Part shown: positions 10,075 through 20,278 of the stretch, in pieces | Layout of the letters: each line of letters starts with the position of its first letter | Position numbering within the stretch: the first letter of the stretch is position 1 | Origin: an uncultured Acidimicrobiia bacterium | Lineage (GTDB): Bacteria > Actinomycetota > Acidimicrobiia > Spongiisociales > JAENVV01 | DNA length: 64,000 bases | Direction: 5' to 3' | NCBI GenBank assembly: GCA_964600365.1 | Contig: CAZRJG010000004.1 | Span: 7,487-71,486 of the forward strand | Notes under the pieces: model-generated | The model's database searches: none | What the model was told of the DNA's origin: nothing | What the model saw: the letters and a program-made list of their open reading frames with translations, nothing else | Translations under genes and position numbers: made by a program

Positions 10075-10934
10075 CGTGCACCTCCTGCGGTGGCGCCGAG
10101 TTCTTCCATGGCGATCGCGAACTCCTCGTCGGTCGGCACCTTGCTGTGCCACGTGTAGTCGTTCTCCATGTACGACACGCCCTTGCCCTTGATGGTGTGG
10201 GCGATGATGGCCACCGGTGAGCCGGTGACCGCCTGTGCCTCGGCGACGGTCGAGAGGAACGCGCTGATGTCGTGGCCGTCCACCTCGAGGACGTGCCAGT
10301 CGAATGCCGCCCAGCGGCGGGCGAGTTGGCCTTCGGTGTAGGGCGTGATCCTGTCGGCGATCGTCTCGCCCCTCCAGCCGAACTGCTGGAGCTTGTTGTG
10401 GTCGACGATGGCGATGAGGTTGTCGAGGCCGTAGCGGGCCGCCACGTGGGCGCCCTCCCACACGACGCCTTCGTTGCACTCGCCGTCGCCGAGCATGACG
10501 TAGGTGCTGAAGTCCTTGCCCTGGGCCTTGGCGCCGAGCGCGATTCCCAGGGCCCCGGAGAAGCCGAGTCCGAGCGAGCCCGACGACATGTCGATGCCCG
10601 GTGTCTGGCTCATGTCGGGATGCCCCTGCAGTCGCGAGTCGATCGAGTCGAAGGTGTGGAGCTCCTCCACGGGGAAGTACCCGCGCAGCGCAAGCATCGT
10701 GTAGAGCGCGATCGAGCTGTGCCCCTTGGAGAGGACGAACCGATCGCGATCGGGCCAGCTGGGTTCCTCGGGTCGGATGTCGAGGACGTTGAAGTAGAGG
10801 GCGGCGAGCATGTCCGCGGCCGAATAGGGGCCACCCACGTGGCCTCCCTTGGCGTGTCGCACCGCGTCGAGTATGTGGATACGGGCCTGCCGTGCGATGT
10901 CCGCGAGCTCCTCGGGGGTCTTTACTGATCTCAT
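10071..10934 (-). CDS. Transketolase, N-terminal (thiamine-diphosphate-binding) subunit
   Basis: Start MRSVKTPEEL; GDGECNEG TPP motif. The first 68 codons of the track ORF are Arg/Pro junk. Confidence 0.85.
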   Translation of the reverse strand: MRSVKTPEELADIARQARIHILDAVRHAKGGHVGGPYSAADMLAALYFNVLDIRPEEPSWPDRDRFVLSKGHSSIALYTMLALRGYFPVEELHTFDSIDSRLQGHPDMSQTPGIDMSSGSLGLGFSGALGIALGAKAQGKDFSTYVMLGDGECNEGVVWEGAHVAARYGLDNLIAIVDHNKLQQFGWRGETIADRITPYTEGQLARRWAAFDWHVLEVDGHDISAFLSTVAEAQAVTGSPVAIIAHTIKGKGVSYMENDYTWHSKVPTDEEFAIAMEELGATAGGAR

Positions 10935-10945
10935 GGTGCCCTCGC

Positions 10946-11311
10946 CTACTCGTCGTCCTCGTAGGACCCGGGGACCACGGGGGGAGAGAAGGAGGTGACC
11001 ATCTCCAGGTCGTCGGGTCCGTGGGAGACCGTCTGGTGGTGGAGCCCCACCGGGATGTAGACGCAGGTGCCGGGCTCGAGCGGGACCGTTCCCTCGGGGG
11101 TGACGAGTTCGCCCTTGCCCTTGGTGATGAAGATGCACTCTTCCTGCGTGGGGTGGACGTGTCCCTCGGGTGCGGAGTCGGGGGGGAAGACCGAGAACCC
11201 GATGGTGAGGTTCTGTGCCCCGTTGAGCTCCGGACCGACGTAGTGGAGCCAGTCACGTCCCGGAAGGTTGAAGACCCGAGCGTCCTCTCGGGTGACGGCG
11301 GTGAGTTTCAT
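10946..11311 (-). CDS. Cupin domain protein
   Basis: 121 aa with a cupin His/Glu pattern (GHVHPTQEE...H). Confidence 0.7.
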   Translation of the reverse strand: MKLTAVTREDARVFNLPGRDWLHYVGPELNGAQNLTIGFSVFPPDSAPEGHVHPTQEECIFITKGKGELVTPEGTVPLEPGTCVYIPVGLHHQTVSHGPDDLEMVTSFSPPVVPGSYEDDE

Positions 11312-11364
11312 GAGCGCCCTCCTGGACCCGGATTCGGCCCGTGGAAACTGCTCCGAGCCAAATC

Positions 11365-11377
11365 ATCGATTATCGAT
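11365..11377. promoter_or_regulatory. AT-rich direct-repeat motif ATCGAT-T-ATCGAT upstream of the cupin-transketolase operon
   Basis: AT-rich 13-mer in 70% GC DNA; the same motif recurs at 15524..15536. Confidence 0.4.
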
Positions 11378-11470
11378 ACCTCGCACGATACTAGTTCGGG
11401 GACGGTTGGCGCCACCGGGTCGCCACGGAGTGATTGGTGGGAGGCGGAGGCGTGTGGTGCGTGCCTTCGC

Positions 11471-11869
11471 TCAGCGCAGGGAGGCCCAGGGCTCCTCCGT
11501 CGAGACATCGATCATCGTGTGGCCGGTCGGGCCCACGGCGGGGCTGAGGACCGCCAGGAGGCGCACGACCTCGCCGGACTCGTTGAAGGAGGCGTGTGGG
11601 ATGTCCCGGGGGATGAAGCACGAGTCCCCGGTGGAGAGGACGCGGCGTTCCGTGCCCACCCACTGCTCGACCGTCCCCTCGAGGACGAAGAGCATCTCCT
11701 CCTGCTCGGGGTGGCGGTGGAACGCATGGAAGGCACCGGGTCGGAGGGTGACGTGGAGGAGGACGATCTGCTCGGAGCCGGTGCTCGACGGGCTCGAGAG
11801 TGTGCGGCGTTCACCCCAGGGGACGCGATCGGGCTCGATGGCGTCGTGCTCGATGAAGTGCCGGGTCAT
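11471..11869 (-). CDS. Cupin domain protein
   Basis: 132 aa; HAFHRHPEQEE...H cupin motifs. Confidence 0.7.
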   Translation of the reverse strand: MTRHFIEHDAIEPDRVPWGERRTLSSPSSTGSEQIVLLHVTLRPGAFHAFHRHPEQEEMLFVLEGTVEQWVGTERRVLSTGDSCFIPRDIPHASFNESGEVVRLLAVLSPAVGPTGHTMIDVSTEEPWASLR

Positions 11870-11872
11870 GGG

Positions 11873-13159
11873 TCATCCCTTCGGTGGTCGGCTTCTGTCA
11901 TCTTCATCTCGGCCCGCCCGCCGAGCCGGGTGCGCCCGCTCCATCGCGTCGAGGAGGGGGAGGGGTTGTCCGCTCAGGTAGCGGATGAGCGCACCGCCTC
12001 CGGTGGAGACGAAATCGATGTCGCTGGTGTCGATGAACCGCCTGGCGCTGGCAACCGTGTCGCCGCCGCCGATCACAGAGTGACCGGACGAGGCGGCGAC
12101 CGCCTCCCACAGGGCCTTTGTCCCGGCGGCGCCGTGTGGATCCTCGTACACACCGGCCGGGCCGTTCACGAAGATCGTGGCAGCCCGTGAGATGACCTCC
12201 CGGTAGGCCTCGATCGTCCGTCCCCCGATGTCGATGATCATCGAGTCGGCCGGGAGGTCCCGGACGTCGAGTTCCCTTCGCACGCCGGCCTCGACCATCG
12301 CCACGTCGACCGGTACCTGGATCCGGGTGCCGTGTTCCCGGAGGTACAGGGAGGCCTGTGGGATGAAGGCGTCGAGTGAACGATCCCGGATGAACTGCTC
12401 GGTTGGCTGGCCGAGTGCGGTTCCCCTCGCCATGAGCATGACCTGGCCCGTGATCCCGCTCGTGAGCACGGTGTCGGCGGTGCCATCGGCGAGCACCTTG
12501 TCCAACATGGAGAACGCGTCGGAGATCTTCAGCCCTCCGAGGACGAAGACGCACGGCCGGTCGGGACGCTCCGCCAAGCCCGAGAGGGCAGCGATCTCAT
12601 CGACCAGGAGCCGCCCGCCCGCGGATGGGAGGAGTTCCTGGAAGGCCACCATCGAAGGCGCGTTCCGGTGTGCGGCGGCGAACGCATCGTTCACGTAGTA
12701 GTCGAAGAGGGGAGCGAGGTTCCGGACGAGATAGGTCCCGCCCATCTGCTCCGGGGAGAGTTTCACCGCCGCCTCGAACGTCGAGACCTCCTCGGTGAGG
12801 TACCGGAGGTTGTCGAGAAGGAGGATCTCCCCGTCCCCGAGCGCGCCTATCGCCGCTCGGGCCGCCGGGCCCGCCACGTCGTCGATGAAGCCGACCGGTC
12901 GTCTGAGCTTCGCCGAGAGCATGGTGGCGTGCTCGGTGAGCGGGACCAGGTTGTGGTAGTCGAGCGTGTCTCCCTGATGGGCGATGAGGACGAGTCGTGC
13001 CCCCGCGTCTGCGAGGTCGCGGATCGTGGGGAGGCTCTTGGTGATCCTCGTATCGTCGGCGATATGGCCCGTCGCGGGATCGATCGGTGAGTTGATGTCG
13101 ACGCGCAGCAGGACGTGGGCGCCCCTGACATCGAGGTCGCCGATCGAAGCGATCCGCAT
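11873..13159 (-). CDS. pgk: Phosphoglycerate kinase, archaeal-type
   Basis: 428 aa; N-terminal RVDINSPID and IAHQG match archaeal PGKs (RVDLNSP) rather than bacterial RVDFNVP. Confidence 0.8.
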   Translation of the reverse strand: MRIASIGDLDVRGAHVLLRVDINSPIDPATGHIADDTRITKSLPTIRDLADAGARLVLIAHQGDTLDYHNLVPLTEHATMLSAKLRRPVGFIDDVAGPAARAAIGALGDGEILLLDNLRYLTEEVSTFEAAVKLSPEQMGGTYLVRNLAPLFDYYVNDAFAAAHRNAPSMVAFQELLPSAGGRLLVDEIAALSGLAERPDRPCVFVLGGLKISDAFSMLDKVLADGTADTVLTSGITGQVMLMARGTALGQPTEQFIRDRSLDAFIPQASLYLREHGTRIQVPVDVAMVEAGVRRELDVRDLPADSMIIDIGGRTIEAYREVISRAATIFVNGPAGVYEDPHGAAGTKALWEAVAASSGHSVIGGGDTVASARRFIDTSDIDFVSTGGGALIRYLSGQPLPLLDAMERAHPARRAGRDEDDRSRPPKG

Positions 13160-13166
13160 GGTCGAC

Positions 13167-14186
13167 TCAGCCGATGCCGAGGTAGGAGTTCGTCAGGGTC
13201 ACCGCCTCGGCCTGGTCCTCCTGCATCCGCATTGCGGCACGGATGCCGTCCATCGTCTCGGGGATCACGACCGACTCCTGCGGGATGTTGATCGCGAACA
13301 TCACATCGTCACCTGACATCCCGATGGTCTCCTCGAAGAGCCCCACCTCGTACATGTCTCCCCGCTCGTGCCCGAGGAACCGTGCGTAGTTGAACAGCGA
13401 CGTGTTGGTGGTGAATCCGTCGGCGATCCGGACCACGCGAATGCGGGGGTGCTCCCGGAATGCCTCGGCGACCTCGGCCGGGGTGACCTTCGTCCTCGGC
13501 GTCGCGAGCACCGTGATGATGTGCCCGTGGGTGATCGGGGTGTGCACCAGGAGGCCGGTGGCATTGATGTGGGGCATGATGTTCATGAGGTCGACGGCCT
13601 GGTGGTTGGGGATCGGCTCCAGCTGGAGCGAGTCGACGAGGCCGCGATGGGTGTCCCCGGGGTCAGCGACCCGCCGGATGATCGTGATGGCGGTCTTCTC
13701 GACGCCGAATGCCCGGTCGAGCCAGTGGACCGTGCGGATGAGCCCCGTGGTGTTGCAGGAGGTGAGCTTCAGGTAGTCCTGTCCGATCCCGGCCTCGTAG
13801 TTGGCGTACCCGTGGAAGAAGACATCGGCGACGTCGGCGGCCTCACCGCCCTGGAAGATCGCCTTCACGCCGGCCTCGACGTACGCGGCCTTGTTCTTCG
13901 CCCCGATTCCCCCCGGGGCGGCATCGAGCATGATGTCGACACCCGCCAGCAGGTCGTCGAACCCCCCGGAGACGGGAACTCCTGCGTCCTCGAGCACGTC
14001 GGCCGCACCCGGCGCAGCAGCGAAGAGGCGGTGCGGCATACCCCGCTCGACGAGGGCCCGTACCGCCAGGGTGGGTGCGATGTCGGCGACGCCGACGAGT
14101 TCCATGTCCGCCTGGGCAGCGACCCCTGCCGCGAGTCGTTGTCCGATGACGCCGTACCCGGCGACTCCAACGCGTACCTGTGTCAT
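13167..14186 (-). CDS. gap: Glyceraldehyde-3-phosphate dehydrogenase, type II (archaeal-type, phosphorylating)
   Basis: 339 aa; catalytic SCNTTGL motif and overall layout of archaeal type II GAPDH. Confidence 0.85.
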   Translation of the reverse strand: MTQVRVGVAGYGVIGQRLAAGVAAQADMELVGVADIAPTLAVRALVERGMPHRLFAAAPGAADVLEDAGVPVSGGFDDLLAGVDIMLDAAPGGIGAKNKAAYVEAGVKAIFQGGEAADVADVFFHGYANYEAGIGQDYLKLTSCNTTGLIRTVHWLDRAFGVEKTAITIIRRVADPGDTHRGLVDSLQLEPIPNHQAVDLMNIMPHINATGLLVHTPITHGHIITVLATPRTKVTPAEVAEAFREHPRIRVVRIADGFTTNTSLFNYARFLGHERGDMYEVGLFEETIGMSGDDVMFAINIPQESVVIPETMDGIRAAMRMQEDQAEAVTLTNSYLGIG

Positions 14187-14205
14187 TCGTGTGCCTCCTT
14201 GGCGT

Positions 14206-15300
14206 TCAGGCAGTCGCCCGCATCGCCGACTCGACGGCTGAGCCCATCTCGTCGGTCGTGTGAGTGCCGCCCATGTCCTTGGTCTTCACCTCACCGGCGC
14301 CGAGCGTGGCGGACACGGCCGACTGCACATGGCCGGCGGCCTCCTCCTCGCCGAGGTGCTCGAGCATCATCCGGATGGCCTCGATCGATGCGATCGGGTT
14401 GACGACCCGCTTTCCCGTGTACTTGGGTGCCGAGCCGTGGATCGGCTCGAACATCGAGGGATGGGTGCGCTCAGGGTTGACGTTCCCGCCGGCGGCGAAG
14501 CCCATTCCCCCCTGGAGCATGGCCCCGAGGTCGGTGATGATGTCGCCGAAGAGGTTCGAAGCCACGACGACGTCGAACCACTCGGGGTTCTTCACGAACC
14601 ACATCGTGAGCGCGTCGACGAGTGCCATGTCGGTGGCGATGTCGGGGTAGTCGGCTGCGACCTCGGCGTACACGTCATCCCAGAACACCATCGAGTAGTT
14701 CAAGGCGTTGGACTTCGTGCAGTTCGTGACGCGTCCCACCGGTCCTCCGCCCCGTCCGAGCTTTGCCCGTGACCGTGCTGCCTCGAAGCCGTAGCGGATG
14801 GTGCGCTCACAGCCCTTCCACGTGAAGATCCCCGTTTGGAGGGCGAACGCATCGGGGGTGCCGACCTTGAAGAATCCGCCGTTGTGGGAGTACTCGCCCT
14901 CGGTGTTCTCGCGGATGACGAGGATGTCGACCGACTCGGGGGTGGCCGTGCGGATCGGCGTCTCCACGCCGGGGTAGAGCTTGATCGGGCGCAGGTTCAC
15001 GTACTGGTCGAAGCCCTTGCGGATGGTGAGGAGCGCTTCGAGGGAGAGGTGATCGGGAACCTTGTTGGCGTCGCCGATGCAGCCCAGGAAGATGGCGTCG
15101 AAACCGTCGAGGGTCTCGAGTGCGTCGTCGGGCATCATCCGACCGACCTCGAGGTAGCGGTCACAGGACCAGTCGAAGGTCTCCGTCTCCACCTCGAACC
15201 CGTGGAGGTCGGCGGCGGTGATGAGGATCCGCTCGGCCTCCTCGGCGACCTCTGCCCCCACCCCGTCGCCGGGGATGACTGCGATCCGATACTGCGACAT
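14206..15300 (-). CDS. Isocitrate/isopropylmalate dehydrogenase family protein (3-IPM or tartrate dehydrogenase-like)
   Basis: Start MSQYRIAVIPGDG; NLFGDIITD motif. Confidence 0.8.
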   Translation of the reverse strand: MSQYRIAVIPGDGVGAEVAEEAERILITAADLHGFEVETETFDWSCDRYLEVGRMMPDDALETLDGFDAIFLGCIGDANKVPDHLSLEALLTIRKGFDQYVNLRPIKLYPGVETPIRTATPESVDILVIRENTEGEYSHNGGFFKVGTPDAFALQTGIFTWKGCERTIRYGFEAARSRAKLGRGGGPVGRVTNCTKSNALNYSMVFWDDVYAEVAADYPDIATDMALVDALTMWFVKNPEWFDVVVASNLFGDIITDLGAMLQGGMGFAAGGNVNPERTHPSMFEPIHGSAPKYTGKRVVNPIASIEAIRMMLEHLGEEEAAGHVQSAVSATLGAGEVKTKDMGGTHTTDEMGSAVESAMRATA

Positions 15301-15523
15301 GGCATCTCCTCCGAGCCCGGTCGGGCGAGCCGTCGGTCCGGCCACCGAGCCTACTGATCAGGCCCGGCACCGTCGGCTGGGCTGGGCTGTGCTTCGCTGT
15401 GCTCGCCGGCGTCGGGGCCTCGGGCGGGTGCCCGTGACCCCGGCCCAGTGGACGTCGCGTGCATCCATCGGGCACCGTTGGGTGAGTTGACTGCCGGCGC
15501 GTACGAATCATATCCTGCGGATA

Positions 15524-15536
15524 ATCGATTATCGAA
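15524..15536. promoter_or_regulatory. Second copy of the ATCGAT-T-ATCGA(A) motif in the divergent region between the IMDH-gap-pgk operon and the dikinase-like gene
   Basis: The motif sits inside an AT-rich stretch, 13 nt upstream of the GTG start at 15549. Confidence 0.4.
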
Positions 15537-15548
15537 AATGGAGCGGTC

Positions 15549-17672
15549 GTGACCCAGGTGTACGCATTCGATCATGATCATGGCCTGCCACTCGCGGACG
15601 TCGCGTCCATCGTCGGGGGCAAGGCTGCCAACATCGGTGTGATGGCAACCGAGCTCGGTCTCCCGGTGCCCCCGGCGTTCGTGGTCTCGACCTCGACCTG
15701 CCTCTCCTACCTCGAGGGCGGATGGCCCGAGTCCCTCGACGAAGAGATCCGCGCCCACATGGGGCGGGTGGAGGAGATCGTGGGACGACGGTTCGGGGAC
15801 CCAGCCGACCCCCTCCTCGTGAGCGTGCGATCCGGGGCACCCATCTCGATGCCGGGGATGATGGATACGATCCTCAACCTCGGGCTCAACGAAGAGACTG
15901 CGCGGGGAATGGCAGAGGTGACCGGCGACGCCGCGTTCGTGGCCGCGTGCCACGAACGCTTCCGAGACCAGTACGCCGACATCGTCGGGGAGCCCGCTCC
16001 CGAGGACCCATGGGACCAGCTGAGGAAGGCCATTGAGGCCGTGTTCCGGTCATGGAACGGCGACCGGGCGAAGAGCTACCGCGAGCGGGAGGGCATCCCC
16101 GACGACCTCGGGACGGGCGTGATCGTCCAGGCGATGGTGTTCGGCAACCGCGGCTCGGACTCGGCGACCGGGGTCATGTTCACACGCGACCCGGCCACCG
16201 GCGAGGCGGTGCCCTACGGTGATCTCCTCTTCGACGCCCAGGGGGAGGATGTGGTCGCAGGTACCCACCAGACGGAGCACCTCTCTGCCCTTGACGACCG
16301 GCTCCCCGCGATCGCCGATGAGCTGCGCGGCTACGCGGCGCGTCTCGAGCATCACTACGCCGACGTGTGCGACATCGAGTTCACGATCGAGGAGGGGCGG
16401 CTCTGGATGCTCCAGACCCGCATCGGCAAGCGCAGCCCTCAGGCCGCCGTGCGGATCGCCGTCGAGATGGCCGAGGACGACGACTTCCCCCTCTCGAGAC
16501 AACAGGCAGTGGAGCGTGTGGCATCGCTCCTGGCCGATCCACCCAAGGTCGCAGCGAAGCGAAACGAGGACGTGCCCGCCATCGCGACGGGGCTTGCGGC
16601 ATCACCCGGCGTGGCGGGTGGCCGAATCGCGACCACACCCGATGCAGCGGTCACCATGGCCGAGGAGGGTGAGGCAGTGGTGCTGGTGCGCCGGGAGACC
16701 TCACCGGACGACGTCCACGGGATGGCCCGGGCCGTCGGCATCCTCACGACCACGGGGGGCCTCGCCAGCCACGCGGCCGTTGTCGCCCGAGGTTGGGGGA
16801 TTCCAGCGGTCGTCGGCGCCGCCTCCGTCCTCGTGGGGGACCGCTCGGTCTCGATCGGCGGTCGCGAGTACGCCGAGGGAGACCACATCACCATCGATGG
16901 AACCACTGGTGAGGTCTTCCCCGGCATGATCACCGCCGGTGGCACCGCCATGCCCGAGGTCGAGACACTCCTCGGATGGGCATCAGAGCTCGGGATCCCG
17001 ATCGGGGCGTCCACCCCGAGTCCGGCAGGGAGCCCGTCGGTCGGGGGTGGAGAGGTGGAGCGCGACGCCGTGCTCCGCACACTCCTCGTCAAGGGGTTCG
17101 CGATGCCCGACGGGCTCGCCGAGGCGTACTTCGCGAACGTCGAGTCGGTGACCGTGGTCCTCGATGCGCTCGCGGGTGAAGGGCTGGCCGAGGTGATGGG
17201 TGGCATGTCCACGCTCACCGAGGACGGCAAGGGCATCGCCGCCGGCCTGATCGCCTCCGACAGGGAGGCATGGGGGCCGGTGCAGGCGGATGCCGCGCTC
17301 GACGCCCTCCTTCCCCTCGACCATCGGATGAAGGACATCGTCACCCGTTGGCAGATGCGCGAATTCAAGGGCCAGCAGATCCTCAATGATCACAGCGACC
17401 CGGAGCACGACGCCGCCGTCCTCGCGGACTTCGCTGCCCTTCACGTCGATGCCGCTGCCTGGCTGGAGGCCCTCGTCCCGGGCCTCCCGCGGTTGGGGTC
17501 CTACGTCGCGCGTCTGGGTCGGGCGGCAGGACTCGTGGACGGCGGGGACACGGACTACCTGGCCGCTCCCATGAACGACAGTTACCACAACGTCTGGTTC
17601 GAGCTGCACGAAGACCTCATCCTCCTTGCAGGTCGGAATCGGGCCGACGAGGTGGCTGCTGGAAGGGCCTGA
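15549..17672 (+). CDS. Pyruvate-phosphate-dikinase-like PEP-utilising enzyme. It has the ATP-grasp nucleotide domain and the phosphohistidine swivel domain but lacks the PEP/pyruvate TIM barrel; the C-terminal ~230 aa are of unknown type
   Basis: Residues 1-470 align with the PPDK N-terminus (LLVSVRSGAPISMPGMMDTILNLGLN; GGLASHAAVVARGWG mobile His domain). The C-terminus has no CRTEHMFF barrel motif. Confidence 0.8.
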   Translation: MTQVYAFDHDHGLPLADVASIVGGKAANIGVMATELGLPVPPAFVVSTSTCLSYLEGGWPESLDEEIRAHMGRVEEIVGRRFGDPADPLLVSVRSGAPISMPGMMDTILNLGLNEETARGMAEVTGDAAFVAACHERFRDQYADIVGEPAPEDPWDQLRKAIEAVFRSWNGDRAKSYREREGIPDDLGTGVIVQAMVFGNRGSDSATGVMFTRDPATGEAVPYGDLLFDAQGEDVVAGTHQTEHLSALDDRLPAIADELRGYAARLEHHYADVCDIEFTIEEGRLWMLQTRIGKRSPQAAVRIAVEMAEDDDFPLSRQQAVERVASLLADPPKVAAKRNEDVPAIATGLAASPGVAGGRIATTPDAAVTMAEEGEAVVLVRRETSPDDVHGMARAVGILTTTGGLASHAAVVARGWGIPAVVGAASVLVGDRSVSIGGREYAEGDHITIDGTTGEVFPGMITAGGTAMPEVETLLGWASELGIPIGASTPSPAGSPSVGGGEVERDAVLRTLLVKGFAMPDGLAEAYFANVESVTVVLDALAGEGLAEVMGGMSTLTEDGKGIAAGLIASDREAWGPVQADAALDALLPLDHRMKDIVTRWQMREFKGQQILNDHSDPEHDAAVLADFAALHVDAAAWLEALVPGLPRLGSYVARLGRAAGLVDGGDTDYLAAPMNDSYHNVWFELHEDLILLAGRNRADEVAAGRA

Positions 17673-17789
17673 CGGGCCCCGTCGGGTCACCGTGCGGTGC
17701 GCGTCGCCGACCAGCCGGGCGACGCGCACCACACGGCCTCTGCGAAGGACGAGGTCGAGGAGGACGCCCAGTGCCTCAGGGAGTGCCAC

Positions 17790-17970
17790 TTCGGGTAGTT
17801 CCGGAGGGAGGTGCTGTTCCTCGGGGGCGTCGGGGGATGCAACCCATGCAGAGTTCGCGAACGGCGTGCTCACGGTCAGGGTCGCGCTACCGAACCGACT
17901 CGGAGGGGGAGTGCGAGCCGAACAGGAACCCCATCGACGTCACGCCGGGTTGAGTTCGGCAGCAAGGTGA
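17790..17970 (+). pseudogene. Remnant of an Hsp20/alpha-crystallin gene: frameshifted C-terminal motif
   Basis: ...DATHAEFANGVLTVRVALP followed by a stop; upstream the motif continues in another frame (FRREVLFLGGVGG); no intact alpha-crystallin core. Confidence 0.35.
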
Positions 17971-18040
17971 GGTGGATGTTGACGAGCCGGCCCTTGCCCT
18001 GCCATGTGCCAGAAAGCGACCGTTCGGTACATTGATTCGC

Positions 18041-18637
18041 ATGGGGAGAGTCAGGGAATCACTTCGATCGCCACTCGGTGTCGTTGCGGTACTGGCGGTC
18101 ATCAGCATCGTTGCCCTCGCTGGTCTCACGCTCATTGAGGACGACTACTACGGTTTGCCGATCCCCGGCCCATCAGGGATCGCACCAGCGTTCATAGGCG
18201 ATGAGCCCGTCTGGGTGATCGATTCGGAGACGGGCCTCATCGTTGTCTCGGCGCAGTCAACCCACCGCGCCGAGAACGAGATGGCGTGGTGTCCGTCCGC
18301 CCGCACGATCCGTGACTTGACGCATGGCTCCGTGTGGGACGAGTACGGCAGGTACATCGCCGGTCCCGCACCCAGGGACCTCAGCGTCTGGACTCCATCG
18401 ATGGTCGACGGCGAGGTCTCGTGGGTGGAGAACGTGCCAGCTGGGCGCTCGTCTGCCGTCCCTTCTGGCCCCCCTTGTAGTCTCACCGATGGCTTCCAAT
18501 CCTTCGTGCGGTTCGAGGAGATCGAGCGGGACTGGTCGAGATCCCTCCTCGTCGCCAGCTCGTTGGTCTTCTTGATCGCCATCGGCGGGATCGTGTTCGG
18601 GAGTGCGAACCGGGACGCCGCCCCGAGCCGGTGGTGA
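18041..18637 (+). CDS. Membrane protein with an extracytoplasmic, ligand-deficient Rieske-like domain flanked by two TM helices
   Basis: AWCPSA...LTHGSVWDEYGRYIAGPAPRDL resembles Rieske boxes (CxH...CxCHGSxFDxxGxxxxGPA), but only one Cys and one His remain. Confidence 0.55.
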   Translation: MGRVRESLRSPLGVVAVLAVISIVALAGLTLIEDDYYGLPIPGPSGIAPAFIGDEPVWVIDSETGLIVVSAQSTHRAENEMAWCPSARTIRDLTHGSVWDEYGRYIAGPAPRDLSVWTPSMVDGEVSWVENVPAGRSSAVPSGPPCSLTDGFQSFVRFEEIERDWSRSLLVASSLVFLIAIGGIVFGSANRDAAPSRW

Positions 18638-18893
18638 CGAGGCTCCACACGTTCGTTCAGGGGCAACCAAACCGAGCGTGAGGCCGGCCACGTCGGAAAT
18701 GCTCCAGCCCGCCTCTTCTTGATCTCGTCTCTATCTCGGGCACTGGATCAGTACAGCTCCTGTCTTCGTCGCGAGAGACCGGGCGCCGATTATCAACAGC
18801 GGACCTCACCCTGCTGCCGAACTCACGCTGGGTTGAGCGCGCGTGTCGGCGGGGCAGGGACGAGTCCGCGTTGTCGGATGCATGAGTGCATAG

Positions 18894-20267
<1,374 letters not shown>

Positions 20268-20278
20268 GAGGAGACCAC

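Noticed and set aside
9118-11256. The 712-aa track ORF suggested a single large protein
   Set aside because: Only the last 318 aa (from MTVLEQGK) match the transketolase C-terminal domain. The upstream 390 aa are Arg/Pro junk overlapping the separately encoded N-terminal subunit in another frame.
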